Shown piece by piece: positions 21,219 through 31,271 of a stretch of DNA of 64,000 nt. The stretch comes from Abditibacteriaceae bacterium (GTDB taxonomy: Bacteria; Armatimonadota; Abditibacteriia; Abditibacteriales; Abditibacteriaceae). The DNA lies in assembly GCA_965277285.1 (NCBI GenBank), contig OZ255721.1, positions 2,080,001 through 2,144,000 of the forward strand, given 5' to 3'. The notes under the pieces were generated by a model. The model saw only the letters and a list, made by a program, of their open reading frames with translations, was not told the DNA's origin and ran no database searches. A program made the translations under genes and the position numbers. The first letter of the stretch is position 1. Every line of letters starts with the position of its first letter.

Positions 21219-23633
21219 ATGTCCCGTTTTTTGCCGCGCGCAGTCCGTTTATCGCGTCCGTTTCTTGGTGGTATCGCGTTGTGCGCCCTTGTCCTGAGCG
21301 CCTTTGCCCTGGCGTCGCATTCACAAAAACAATCTTCCGCGAAACATCGCTCAGTGCCGGTTCAAACGCGCGTATCGGAAAAAGTGGTTGTCTCACCAGC
21401 GCAAATCCGCGTGATCGAGCCGCCGATTATCATCGAACCGCGTTCACCAATTTTCTGGCCGCCGCCTTCGGTTGGGCAAAGCGAATTGCAATTGGTTTCG
21501 CAGCGCGCGCAAATCGAAATCGTCGGCGCGACGGCGAAAACGCACCTGTTTCAAACCTTTCGCAACCCGACTTCGAGCACCGTCGAAGGAACCTATTTGT
21601 TTCCTTTGCCAAATGGGGCGGCGATTTCCGATTTCGCCATGACGGTTGGCGGCAAGCGCGTCGCGGCAGAAATTCTCGACCGCGACAAAGCGCGCGACAT
21701 CTACGAAAGCATCGTGCGCAAATTGCGCGATCCGGCGATTTTGGAATTCACCGACCGCAACGCCGTTCGCGCCCGCATTTTCCCCATCGCGGCGGGCGCC
21801 GAGCAGCAAATCGAAATCGAGTACTCGAATCCTCTCTCAAGCGAAAACGGCGCCTTGCGCTACAGCCTTCCGCTGCGCTTGCCGGTTGGCGGCACGGCGC
21901 AAAACGCCAGCGTCGAGATTCGGGTGCGCGATGCCAAAAGCGTACGCAACGTGTATTCGCCGACGCACGCGATTGAAAGCAAAGCCGACGGCAACACGTT
22001 GCGCATCAGCGGCGAATGGAAAACCGACAGCAGTTCCGACAACGCCAGTTCCAGTAACGCTGCGCGCGATTTCGTGTTGTATTTGACGCAATCACAAAGT
22101 CGCGTCGGATTGAATCTGGTGACGCAAGTCGTGCCCGATGAAGACGGCTATTTCATGCTGATGGCGGCGCCCGATCCGACGTTGCAGGCCAAAGAAATCG
22201 CCGCCAAAGACGCGGTTTTCACGCTCGACACCAGCGGTTCGATGGAAGGCGCCAAAATCGAGCAGGCGCGCCAAGCATTGCTCAGTTTGCTGGGCAATTT
22301 GAACCCGACAGATCGCTTTAACATCATCACGTTTTCTTCTGACGTGAACACGTTTCACGACCAATTGGTGGATGCGACGCCGCAAAACATTCAAAAAGCG
22401 CGCGAGTTCGTCAAAGCGATCAAAGCCGTCGGCGGAACCGACATTGACGAGGCGCTGCGAACTTCGCTGAAGATGTTTCACGCTGACGGAACACGTCCGC
22501 ATCAACTGATTTTTATGACCGACGGTCAGCCAACAGTTGGCGAGACCGACACCGACACGATTTTGCAAAACGTGCGAAAAATCCAGCCCAAAGTGGCGAT
22601 GATCGCCGGACAGTTGACGCCAGGCACCAAATTTCCCGACGATTATTGGCAAAATGGAAACTTAGCGCGCATTTTCGTGTTCGGCGTTGGCTACGATGTC
22701 AATACGAAATTGTTGGATGAATTGGCCGAAGAAAATCGCGGCGCGTCCGATTACGTTTTGCCACAGGAAGACATTGAGGCCAAAGTCGGTTCGCTGTATA
22801 ACAAAATTGCGTTTCCGGTTTTGTCCAATGCGCAGCTTGATTGGGGCGGCGCCAACGTTTACGATGTTTATCCGCGCCAGTTGCCCGACTTGTTCAAAGG
22901 CTCGCAAGTCGTGGTTTTCGGGCGTTTCAAAACCACATCGAGTACTCGAATCCGTTTAACGGGTGACGCTAACGGCCAGGCGCAAAACGTGTTTGCGGAC
23001 GGCGATTTCAAAACAGTTTCGACGGACAACGACTTGTTGCCACGTTTGTGGGCGATGCGCAAAATCGGCTTTTTGCTGGATGACGCACGGCGCAAAGGTG
23101 TCGCGCCCGACGAAGAAGTGAAAGCCGAAGTGATCGCGCTGTCGAAAAAGTTTGGCATCGTGACGCCTTTGACGGCAGCCTTGATTTCCGAAGACGAACA
23201 AGCGCCGGTGAACTTCCCGCGCCCGATGCCTTTTCCGCGTCCTTTCCCAATGCGACGCGGTGGTGCAATCGAAGACAACGCGAGCGGCGTCAACGCGGCG
23301 CCTTCGGTCGCTCAAAGTTTCGCGGCCACATCAGGCGAAACGGCTGTTGGTGCCGCGCGCGCGACGGCCAAAATGCGCCGGAGCGACCGCCTGGACACAA
23401 CGGCTTCGCTTTCGACACAACGTTTCGTGGCCGGAAAAACCTTTGTCCTGCAAGGCGATGTCTGGACGGATACCGATTACGACGCGAAAAAGGCGCCGCT
23501 TTCGCAAACCGTGAAGTTTGCGTCGGACGAATATTTCTCGCTGGCGCGCGACGCCAAAGTCGCCCAATGGCTCAGCGTCGGCAATCGCGTCCTTGTGGTA
23601 ATTGGAAATCGCGTTGTGAAAGTCGAGCCTTGA
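21219..23633 (+). CDS. Exported VIT + von Willebrand A domain protein
   Basis: N-terminal hydrophobic segment, VIT (EGTYLFPLP, DPAILE), MIDAS DTSGSM and FMTDGQPT. GGAGG RBS before the ATG at 21219. Confidence 0.9.
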   Translation: MSRFLPRAVRLSRPFLGGIALCALVLSAFALASHSQKQSSAKHRSVPVQTRVSEKVVVSPAQIRVIEPPIIIEPRSPIFWPPPSVGQSELQLVSQRAQIEIVGATAKTHLFQTFRNPTSSTVEGTYLFPLPNGAAISDFAMTVGGKRVAAEILDRDKARDIYESIVRKLRDPAILEFTDRNAVRARIFPIAAGAEQQIEIEYSNPLSSENGALRYSLPLRLPVGGTAQNASVEIRVRDAKSVRNVYSPTHAIESKADGNTLRISGEWKTDSSSDNASSSNAARDFVLYLTQSQSRVGLNLVTQVVPDEDGYFMLMAAPDPTLQAKEIAAKDAVFTLDTSGSMEGAKIEQARQALLSLLGNLNPTDRFNIITFSSDVNTFHDQLVDATPQNIQKAREFVKAIKAVGGTDIDEALRTSLKMFHADGTRPHQLIFMTDGQPTVGETDTDTILQNVRKIQPKVAMIAGQLTPGTKFPDDYWQNGNLARIFVFGVGYDVNTKLLDELAEENRGASDYVLPQEDIEAKVGSLYNKIAFPVLSNAQLDWGGANVYDVYPRQLPDLFKGSQVVVFGRFKTTSSTRIRLTGDANGQAQNVFADGDFKTVSTDNDLLPRLWAMRKIGFLLDDARRKGVAPDEEVKAEVIALSKKFGIVTPLTAALISEDEQAPVNFPRPMPFPRPFPMRRGGAIEDNASGVNAAPSVAQSFAATSGETAVGAARATAKMRRSDRLDTTASLSTQRFVAGKTFVLQGDVWTDTDYDAKKAPLSQTVKFASDEYFSLARDAKVAQWLSVGNRVLVVIGNRVVKVEP

Positions 23634-23713
23634 ACGCCCCGAGTTCCAATTCGTGCAACAAGCCTCTGACATATTTTGTAGCTTGCATAATGCATAATAT
23701 GCAGCCTATTGAC

Positions 23714-23773
23714 CAGAATGGCACAGTAAACGGGTTCGGCATCGATGCCGAACCCGTTTACTGTGCCATTCTG
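23714..23773. repeat. Perfect loopless 60-bp palindrome
   Basis: CAGAATGGCACAGTAAACGGGTTCGGCATC|GATGCCGAACCCGTTTACTGTGCCATTCTG. Confidence 0.95.
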
Positions 23774-23975
23774 CAAAAAAATTGACGCCAAAGCACACAA
23801 TCGCTTGAAGATATGGAACACACCCATAACAGTGCAGAATTGCATTGCAATAAAAATTTACTGCGTCATGGCACATTTAGTGTAGATCAGATTCTGATTA
23901 TCTTGAAGATGATTGGCGAAAACGCTGCAAAAGCGCTTCAAGTTTCTCGAGGCGTGCTCAAGGGAGATCAGTTTT

Positions 23976-24473
23976 ATGCGAACACAACGCACTTGTCGGA
24001 ATACTAATACGAATCGCCGGATGTCATGTCGTGCTCATCGCCATGGCCAGGTTCTGGTTGAGCTGGCACTATCCCTGTTATTGCTATTGACGATCTTGAT
24101 GGGCATCATGGAGTTTGGCTGGCTGGCGCGCAACAACTTGATGCTGGCCAATGCGTCGCGTGAAGGCGCGCGAGCCGCTTCTCTGGGGCGAACAGTGAGC
24201 GCCACGCAGACGCGCATCACAAACTCGATGATGCCTTTGACAACCACTTTCGGCACCAGTTCCAATAACAGCCAACTTCAGTACTCGGCTGATAACGGAG
24301 CGACCTGGCTCAGTTGGCCAGGTGACAGCGGAAGCTATAACGGCGTGCCGGTGGGCAGCCTCATTCGCGTGATTGTTGCGACACGCCATAAGCCTTTGAC
24401 TGGATTCTTCTAGTTTTTGAGAAACCGCGACATCTCACAGCTTACAACGATGAAGCGTGAAGCCAATGGTTGA
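23976..24473 (+). pseudogene. TadE-like pseudopilin interrupted by an in-frame TAG at 24411-24413
   Basis: RHGQVLVELAL and ASREGARAAS motifs. The frame stays open after the TAG as FLRNRDISQLTTMKREANG*. Confidence 0.65.
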
Positions 24474-24530
24474 GGAATACCAATATTTGAAGCAGTTGTG
24501 CTTCAAAATTTATTGAGTGAGGTGTTTGTG

Positions 24531-25613
24531 ATGCAAAGAAGAAAGGAGAAAAAAGCAATTATTCGGCAAATCAAGCAGGAACGCCGTCGCGAACGCCGTC
24601 GCGGCAGTATTTTGTTGATTGTCGTTCTGTCGTTGCCCATGATGTTCGGGTTTTGTGCGTTAGCAGTGGATTATGGAATTCTCAACGCGGATACCAATCG
24701 CCTGCAACGAGGCTGCGACGCCGCGGCTTTGGCGGGCGCCAGCAAGCTGAAGCAAACCAATGATCAGGCGGATGTCGCTTCGGCGACCACGGAAGCCATT
24801 CAAGTGGCGGCGCGCAATGGAGTTACATTGGCCAGTTCCGATATAACTTTTCCCAATGCCAGCAGTTCTCGAAGTGACTGGTCGCGCATTTCCGTCCAGG
24901 GTCGGTTTACCCGACCTCTGCTCTTCGCCCGCTTCTGGCAAATGAACAACAGCCTGCTGAACCGCCACGCTACGGCAGAAGTCACGCCGGTGACAGGAAT
25001 CCCAAACAGCTTTGTGCCGCTGGTAATCACGACGACCGACTACAACTCTCACCTGACGGGCAACAATCTTCCGGTTTCTCTAATTCGGATGCAAAGCAAA
25101 ACCGACTTTGCAACCGGCACCGTAATCGGCATCAGTACCAACACCAGTAACAACGGTAAGTCGCCAAGCCAGTGGCAGGACGACGTTCAAAACGGCACAA
25201 CCTTTACCGTCAACATCAACGACAATGACGTGGCAATCAATGCAGCTCTGCAGAACCAGTCGGGAAACGTGGATGCGGCCTTAGCAACTCGAGTCAGTGA
25301 CGCCAAAACCGCGGGTTGGAACCCAGGCGTAAACCCGACGACACAGGACGAGTCGGCGGATTACCCCAATTACCCGGGTTCCGCGGCACGGCGCATATTC
25401 ACCATTGGTGTGGCGGATCCAACGGCAGCCAGCACTGGCAACCAGAACATTGTCCTGCTGAAATTTGTGCGAGTTTATTTGGTTTCTTCAGGCAACGGCC
25501 AAATGACTTTCCGCTTGATGCCTACGGCCACCACAAACTCAGAAGGCGGCTTTACAACTGGCGGAAATGTCAGCACCGGCCTTTCCATTGTGCGCTTGAT
25601 CGACGATCTTTAA
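24531..25613 (+). CDS. TadG-like Flp pilus-associated protein
   Basis: RRGSILLIV, ALAVDYG and LQRGCDAAALAGA form a Tad N-terminal domain. Confidence 0.85.
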   Translation: MQRRKEKKAIIRQIKQERRRERRRGSILLIVVLSLPMMFGFCALAVDYGILNADTNRLQRGCDAAALAGASKLKQTNDQADVASATTEAIQVAARNGVTLASSDITFPNASSSRSDWSRISVQGRFTRPLLFARFWQMNNSLLNRHATAEVTPVTGIPNSFVPLVITTTDYNSHLTGNNLPVSLIRMQSKTDFATGTVIGISTNTSNNGKSPSQWQDDVQNGTTFTVNINDNDVAINAALQNQSGNVDAALATRVSDAKTAGWNPGVNPTTQDESADYPNYPGSAARRIFTIGVADPTAASTGNQNIVLLKFVRVYLVSSGNGQMTFRLMPTATTNSEGGFTTGGNVSTGLSIVRLIDDL

Positions 25614-25674
25614 ACTGAGGCAAACCACAAAATAAAATGGGTTCGCGCTTTCGCCGCCAACTCAATCGAGTACT

Positions 25675-25718
25675 CGACAAGGTCACAGCAAATGTTCTGC
25701 TGTGACCTTGTCGTTTTT
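25675..25718 (+). terminator. Intrinsic terminator between the convergent TadG-like gene and hemL
   Basis: 16-bp stem CGACAAGGTCACAGCA / TGCTGTGACCTTGTCG followed by TTTTT. Confidence 0.7.
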
Positions 25719-25832
25719 AGCACAAACTTCTTTCTTCGGTTCTTTGCAAACATCTTCTTACAGTGAATGGTGCGCATCGGAACGTGACACAAACCAAGCA
25801 AAAAGCTAATTTAAGCGCCGACCGAAATGTCG

Positions 25833-27146
25833 CTAACCTCCAACAGGACTATTTCCTAAAACTTCGCGTGCCGCGTCAATGGTTTTTTCGATGTCGTTCG
25901 GCGTGTGCGCGAGCGAAATAAAGGCCGCTTCAAATTGCGATGGCGGCAAATAAATGCCGCGATTGAGCATTCCGTGGAAGAATTGCGCGAACTTTTTCGT
26001 ATCCGATTTCTTGGCGCTTTCATAATCGGTCACAGGTTCATCGGAAAAGAACAACGTCCACATCGAACCCAAACGATGCAATTGCGCGCGCGTTTTTGTC
26101 GCATCGAGTACTCGATTCAAGCCGTCTTCGAGTTGCGCGCCACGAGCTTCCAATTGCGCATAAGCCGCATCGGTCAATTCGTTTAAAGTCGCAAGTCCGG
26201 CAGTCATCGCAATCGGATTTCCGCTGAGAGTTCCCGCCTGATAAACCGGGCCAATTGGCGCCACGCAACTCATAATTTCGCGCTTGCCGCCGTACGCGCC
26301 AACGGGAAAGCCGCCGCCGATGATTTTCCCCAGCGTCGTCATGTCGGGCTTTACACCACAAAGGTTTTGAAAGCCGCCTTTGCTTTGACGAAAACCTGTC
26401 ATTACTTCATCGAACAACAATACCGCACCGCGCTTTGCGGTTTCTTCGCGCAGCATTTCCAGAAAACCCGTTTTAGGAAATACCAAACCCATATTGGCTG
26501 GCAAAGGTTCGACCACGACGCACGCCAGATCGTCGCCCGCCGCATCAAGTACGCGAAGTGTCGCCTCGAAGTCATTGAATGGCGCCACCAAAGTGTCTTC
26601 GGTCTGGTGCGCCGTTACTCCCGCGGAATCGGGAACGCCCAGCGTCATGGCGCCCGAACCGGCGGCGACCAGCAACGAGTCGCTGTGACCGTGATAACAA
26701 CCGGCAAACTTGACAATTTTGCGTCGTCCTGTGAAGCCGCGCGCTGCACGCAAAGCGCCCATTACGGCTTCGGTGCCGCTATTGACCATGCGAATCATTT
26801 CAATCGACGGCACGGCGTCAATCACGGCTTGCGCCATTTCCACTTCGAGCGCAGTCGGCGCGCCATAGGAAGTGCCGCGCGAAAGCTGATCGCGCACGCG
26901 TTCGAGTACTCGATGCGGCGCGTGACCTAAGATCATCGGCCCCCACGAACCGACGTAATCTAAGAGTTGGTTGCCGTCGGCGTCCCACAAATAAGCGCCT
27001 TCCGCACGCGCCATGAAACGCGGCGTGCCGCCAACCGAGCCGAAAGCGCGCACCGGCGAATTGACGCCGCCCGGCATGATTTTCTGTGCGTCGTCGAACA
27101 AGTGCTGCGACTGCGGAGTTGATTGGAAATCGAGGTTTTGGTTCAT
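25833..27146 (-). CDS. hemL: Glutamate-1-semialdehyde 2,1-aminomutase
   Basis: PGGVNSPVRAF, DYVGSWGP, FDEVMTGFR, GKIIGGG and YQAGTLSGNP motifs. Confidence 0.97.
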   Translation of the reverse strand: MNQNLDFQSTPQSQHLFDDAQKIMPGGVNSPVRAFGSVGGTPRFMARAEGAYLWDADGNQLLDYVGSWGPMILGHAPHRVLERVRDQLSRGTSYGAPTALEVEMAQAVIDAVPSIEMIRMVNSGTEAVMGALRAARGFTGRRKIVKFAGCYHGHSDSLLVAAGSGAMTLGVPDSAGVTAHQTEDTLVAPFNDFEATLRVLDAAGDDLACVVVEPLPANMGLVFPKTGFLEMLREETAKRGAVLLFDEVMTGFRQSKGGFQNLCGVKPDMTTLGKIIGGGFPVGAYGGKREIMSCVAPIGPVYQAGTLSGNPIAMTAGLATLNELTDAAYAQLEARGAQLEDGLNRVLDATKTRAQLHRLGSMWTLFFSDEPVTDYESAKKSDTKKFAQFFHGMLNRGIYLPPSQFEAAFISLAHTPNDIEKTIDAAREVLGNSPVGG

Positions 27147-27266
27147 TGAAAAATTCTTTTCTTTATGGTGATTCAAAAGTTGAGTTTTGTGGAATAATGA
27201 AGTTGAAGTCGCAAAGGCGATTTTGTTGCCACACAATAGTCAAGTGCGAATAGTAGGTGAGGTCTT

Positions 27267-27767
27267 ATGCGAAACATTACGTGGAAGGTTACAAAAAGTT
27301 CAGTGCGTCGAAAAAGAACGAGCCAGCGTCGCGGCGTTGTTATGATCGAGTTTTGCATCGCTTTCTTTTTCATTTTCCTGCCGTTGTGCATGGCGCTTCT
27401 TCAGTACGGCATGATTATTCAAGCGACATTGGCGATGAACAATCTCAGCCGCGAAGCAGGTCGCTACGCATCAGTCAATTCGTTGAACGCCAAAGACGAC
27501 ACGGATTTGAAAAACTATATCACATCCAACGCGCTGGGCTTGGGCATCGTCATTAAAGATCCTACGAATGATATTGTGATTTCTCCCAAGTACAATGATC
27601 CCCTCGCCGCGACCAAAACGCGTGTGAGATACAACCCGATTACCATCAGCATCACCTATAACCTCAACCCAAGATCGTTTCTCCAATCGCCTTTTACGGC
27701 AGTTTTTCATATCCCGATTTTTCGTTCAAATTATACGACCAGCGTTGTCATGGTGATGCAGCAGTAA
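27267..27767 (+). CDS. TadE-like pseudopilin
   Basis: RRGVVMIEF followed by a hydrophobic helix and SREAGRYAS. Confidence 0.85.
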   Translation: MRNITWKVTKSSVRRKRTSQRRGVVMIEFCIAFFFIFLPLCMALLQYGMIIQATLAMNNLSREAGRYASVNSLNAKDDTDLKNYITSNALGLGIVIKDPTNDIVISPKYNDPLAATKTRVRYNPITISITYNLNPRSFLQSPFTAVFHIPIFRSNYTTSVVMVMQQ

Positions 27768-27788
27768 TCGAACGAACGCGAGGTTCTT

Positions 27789-28340
27789 ATGCCATTTCTT
27801 CACCAAAATTTAGCTTCGAGTACTCGATTGAAACAAGTCAATCCGCGCCACGCAAAGCGACGCGGTCAGGCGCTTTTGGAAGCGGCGTTCGTGATGCCGT
27901 TTCTACTCATTTTCATGATGGGCATTCTCCAATTCGGGTTGGTTTACCACGCAAAATTGGCGATGGAGCACGCCTGCCGCGATGGAGCACGCTACGCTGC
28001 AGTGCACGGACGCGAAAAACCCCCAGTAGTAGGTTCGCCTTTAACAGCCGACTATAACATCACAGCTCGCATCCAAAAATCGGCGCAGAACATGGGGCTG
28101 GGTCTCAAAACGAGCGACATCACGATAGGCCCACCGTCGTTTAACACAGCGGCAAGTCCAAGCAATCGTCCTCTTTACAGCACGCTTCCCATAACTGTCA
28201 CTTACGATATGAATAAGCGGCGCATCATTCCGGGTCAGTTTTATATTCCCATTGCCAACGTCACAGTAACTTTGCCAATTTTTGCCGGTCCTTACAGCAT
28301 TACTGAAAATGTCGTATTGGAAGGCGCCGATGTTCCCTGA
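27789..28340 (+). CDS. TadE-like pseudopilin
   Basis: RRGQALLEAAFV and ACRDGARYAAV motifs. Confidence 0.87.
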   Translation: MPFLHQNLASSTRLKQVNPRHAKRRGQALLEAAFVMPFLLIFMMGILQFGLVYHAKLAMEHACRDGARYAAVHGREKPPVVGSPLTADYNITARIQKSAQNMGLGLKTSDITIGPPSFNTAASPSNRPLYSTLPITVTYDMNKRRIIPGQFYIPIANVTVTLPIFAGPYSITENVVLEGADVP

Positions 28341-28383
28341 AAAGCGCCACGAATAGGTGTTAAGTCGTTCCGAGGTGATCAAG

Positions 28384-30045
28384 ATGAAGAAAGTAAAAAC
28401 AACCGAAGTTCCACACCGTTTCTCCCAAAACTGCAATCGCCGTCGCGGTTTCGTGACGCTTTACCTGGCGATGTCCCTTATCGTGCTGCTGGGTATTTCG
28501 TCGCTCGTGGTCGATTTGGGCATTGCTTACCAGAAGCGCTCCTACATGCAAAAAGCCGCCGATGCTGCGGCACTGGCTGGAGCTGCGTATGCCGTTCAGA
28601 ACCAGACTGCCAGCACATCTGACATTACAACAGCGGCATACAACTTTGCTACCACCAATTACGGCTATTCCAACAATAACGCAACGGTAACGGCGACGAT
28701 TCCGACAGGGAACACCGCGGGGAACGGCTCCGTTGTCTTTAGCATCAGTCGCCCACAACCAACGCTTTTCGCGCGTATCTTTCGCATGAGTTTGTTCAAA
28801 GGCGATACGCCGATGACCATTGATGCCACAAATATAGGAGCGACAGCAACTGCAGCATACACTTCAGTAAGCTTCGCATCTGGTACTATTTCAGGGAACA
28901 ATGGTTATGGTCTCAACAGTGTAGCAACGGCTAACTTGAGCGTGTGCGGTCCTCTGGCAGCTACTAACCGAGGCGATAATTATAGCTCTCGTTACACAAC
29001 GTCAGATGGTACGAATACTGGTGCCACCGTATCCGTTAGACCGGACACCCCAGCACAACCAGGTTTTCGTTCGGCAGTTCTGAGACCTGTGGATGACAGG
29101 GATCCAAACGGCTCGCATTATCAACATGCCACTTTCGTAACGGGGGAAAACTTTAAGACTGGCGATGGTTACTATTTTGATCTTGGTCTACCCACCGACG
29201 CTCAAGGTGTTCCCTCCACCGCGCCAGTCTGTTTGCAAATTTTCGATCCTGGTTTGCCCGACGCCAACAAAGACTCCAACGGTAAGTTTTGGAACGAGGC
29301 CACGTCGGGGCAGAACACTACACGCGCCCCAGATGGCTCTTTGCGTGATGTGCCTACAAAGACGCTGTACCAGGTTTGGAATGACAATGGAACACCGGGC
29401 GATATTAGTGACGATACTCGCGTCTTTAGCGGTGTGTATGGAACTGAGTCCACCACTACTGACGTCTACGGCAACCAAGTGTCGGCAAGCCTGAACTGGG
29501 TGAACTCCTGTATCTTGGATCCATCTAAGTTTCCTAAGACCTCCAAGTTCTACATGAACGTTACAGCGGTCGATGGCACCGGAAAAAACGGCTTCAACCT
29601 TCGTTTGAACCGCATTGATCCCAAGACTAACAAGCCTGGTGATACTGATGCGAGTTATGCTGCTGCTGGCGGCAATGGCACATCGGTTACGACGCGAGGT
29701 CTCCTGCCCATCAACTTCTCCTCAAATGGTAGTGCCGACCTCTCGTTAGGCACTATTCCAGCAGGTGCTACTACAATGACGGTAAACCGTTTCGACGTTG
29801 ATGTGGGTACACTTCCAGGAACCAAAATCACTTACATCGATAACAACGGAGTCACGTTTACAGGCTCAACCAGCCTGGGTGGTGGTGGTGCAAATGACCA
29901 ATTCCAACCAGACCCCTACACTTTACCTGCAAATTACCCAGGCGGCACATGGCGCGCAACCTACGCCGCCGGTCAAAGCGACCAGTCGACTTGGACTATG
30001 ACTTATTCCGGTCCGTCCTCCACTAACATTCGCCTGATCGGTTAA
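28384..30045 (+). CDS. TadG-like protein with large beta-rich C-terminal (putative adhesin) region
   Basis: RRRGFVTLY, VVDLG and MQKAADAAALAGA motifs, then a Gly/Thr/Asn-rich C-terminus. Confidence 0.83.
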   Translation: MKKVKTTEVPHRFSQNCNRRRGFVTLYLAMSLIVLLGISSLVVDLGIAYQKRSYMQKAADAAALAGAAYAVQNQTASTSDITTAAYNFATTNYGYSNNNATVTATIPTGNTAGNGSVVFSISRPQPTLFARIFRMSLFKGDTPMTIDATNIGATATAAYTSVSFASGTISGNNGYGLNSVATANLSVCGPLAATNRGDNYSSRYTTSDGTNTGATVSVRPDTPAQPGFRSAVLRPVDDRDPNGSHYQHATFVTGENFKTGDGYYFDLGLPTDAQGVPSTAPVCLQIFDPGLPDANKDSNGKFWNEATSGQNTTRAPDGSLRDVPTKTLYQVWNDNGTPGDISDDTRVFSGVYGTESTTTDVYGNQVSASLNWVNSCILDPSKFPKTSKFYMNVTAVDGTGKNGFNLRLNRIDPKTNKPGDTDASYAAAGGNGTSVTTRGLLPINFSSNGSADLSLGTIPAGATTMTVNRFDVDVGTLPGTKITYIDNNGVTFTGSTSLGGGGANDQFQPDPYTLPANYPGGTWRATYAAGQSDQSTWTMTYSGPSSTNIRLIG

Positions 30046-30060
30046 CTCCCAAGGCGCAAA

Positions 30061-30102
30061 GCAAAAGGTCGAGTACTCGAAAGTGAGTACTCGACCTTTT
30101 GC
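30061..30102. terminator. Terminator-like hairpin built from two copies of the iterated palindrome
   Basis: GCAAAAGGTCGAGTACTC-gaaagt-GAGTACTCGACCTTTTGC, 15 nt after the TadG-like stop codon. Confidence 0.75.
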
Positions 30103-30144
30103 GTCGAAGCCATTTCACAACTGCAGCTAAAAGCTCGAAGCCAG

Positions 30145-30219
30145 CACTTTGTCATTCTGAGCGCAGCGAAGAATCTGGCCTGAAGTTAGATTCTTCGCTG
30201 CGCTCAGAATGACAAAGTG
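30145..30219. repeat. REP-like inverted repeat of the GTCATTCTGAGCGCAGCGAAGAATCT type
   Basis: 32-bp IR, with partial arms at about 30257, 51415 and 51471. Confidence 0.8.
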
Positions 30220-30326
30220 GGAGTTTGGCGCCTCTTCTTTCACTTTGTTTACAACCTCTCAGAATGACAAATTGTTACTTTTCACGCACCACGAACTTTT
30301 CAAATTAATTCTGCGATACGCAAGTC

Positions 30327-31271
30327 TTACTTACCTTCGACGGGAACGGTTCGCAACAATTCTTCGATCAGTTTTTCGGGTGAGAAACCGCCCATGCGCG
30401 CGTCGGGATGCGCGATCAGACGGTGCGACATGACGGGAACGGCGACGACTTTGACATCATCGGGCGTGGCGTAATCGCGGCCTCGCGCGGCAGCCAAAGC
30501 TTGCGACGCGCGTGTTAAAGCCAGAGCGCCGCGCGGACTCAAGCCCAATGCCAGTTGGCGATGACCACGCGTCGCGGCGGCCAGTCGCAAAATGTAATCG
30601 TACAAGTTGTCATGCACGGCGACATTGCGCACGACTTCCTGCATTTCTTTTATTTCGCTCACGTCCGTCACGCTGCTCAGCGTTTCAATTGGGTGCTGTA
30701 AGCGCTGTTGCTTCATCAGCATTCGCTCGGCTTCGGCGCTGGGATAGCCGATGGAAAGGCGCATCGCAAAACGGTCGAGCTGCGATTCGGGCAGCGGATA
30801 AACACCTTCATATTCGGTCGGGTTTTGCGTGGCGATAACGAAAAACGGATCGGGCAATTTGTGCGTTTGCAAATCGGCGGTGACTTGCCCTTCTTCCATG
30901 CACTCCAGCAAAGACGCTTGCGTTTTCGGGTTGGCGCGATTGATTTCGTCAGCCAAAACAACGTGCGCGAAAACCGGCCCTTCGCGGAAACTGAAATTGT
31001 TGTTGTGCTGATCGAAAACAACCGTTCCCGTGATGTCGGACGGCAGCAAATCGGGCGTGAACTGAATGCGCTTGTAGGACGCACCCAGCGTGCGAGCCAG
31101 CGTTTTCGCCAGCATGGTTTTGCCGACGCCTGGGACATCTTCGAGCAAAACGTGTCCGCCTGACAACAACGCGACCAAGCAGCCTTCCACGACGCCGCGT
31201 TTTCCGACGATGACGGTTTCGATGTTACCCATCAGACGCGCCATGACATCCGCAAATTGATTGGTGTCCAT
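30327..31271 (-). CDS. MoxR-family AAA+ ATPase
   Basis: LLEDVPGVGKT, RIQFTPDLLPSD, LADEINRA, IATQNP and LPESQLDRF motifs. Confidence 0.95.
   Translation of the reverse strand: MDTNQFADVMARLMGNIETVIVGKRGVVEGCLVALLSGGHVLLEDVPGVGKTMLAKTLARTLGASYKRIQFTPDLLPSDITGTVVFDQHNNNFSFREGPVFAHVVLADEINRANPKTQASLLECMEEGQVTADLQTHKLPDPFFVIATQNPTEYEGVYPLPESQLDRFAMRLSIGYPSAEAERMLMKQQRLQHPIETLSSVTDVSEIKEMQEVVRNVAVHDNLYDYILRLAAATRGHRQLALGLSPRGALALTRASQALAAARGRDYATPDDVKVVAVPVMSHRLIAHPDARMGGFSPEKLIEELLRTVPVEGK

Noticed and set aside
24411..24413. Pyrrolysine or genome-wide TAG recoding
   Set aside because: It is a single instance, no pyl genes are in the window, and other genes (e.g. glycerate kinase at 37626) appear to end at TAG.
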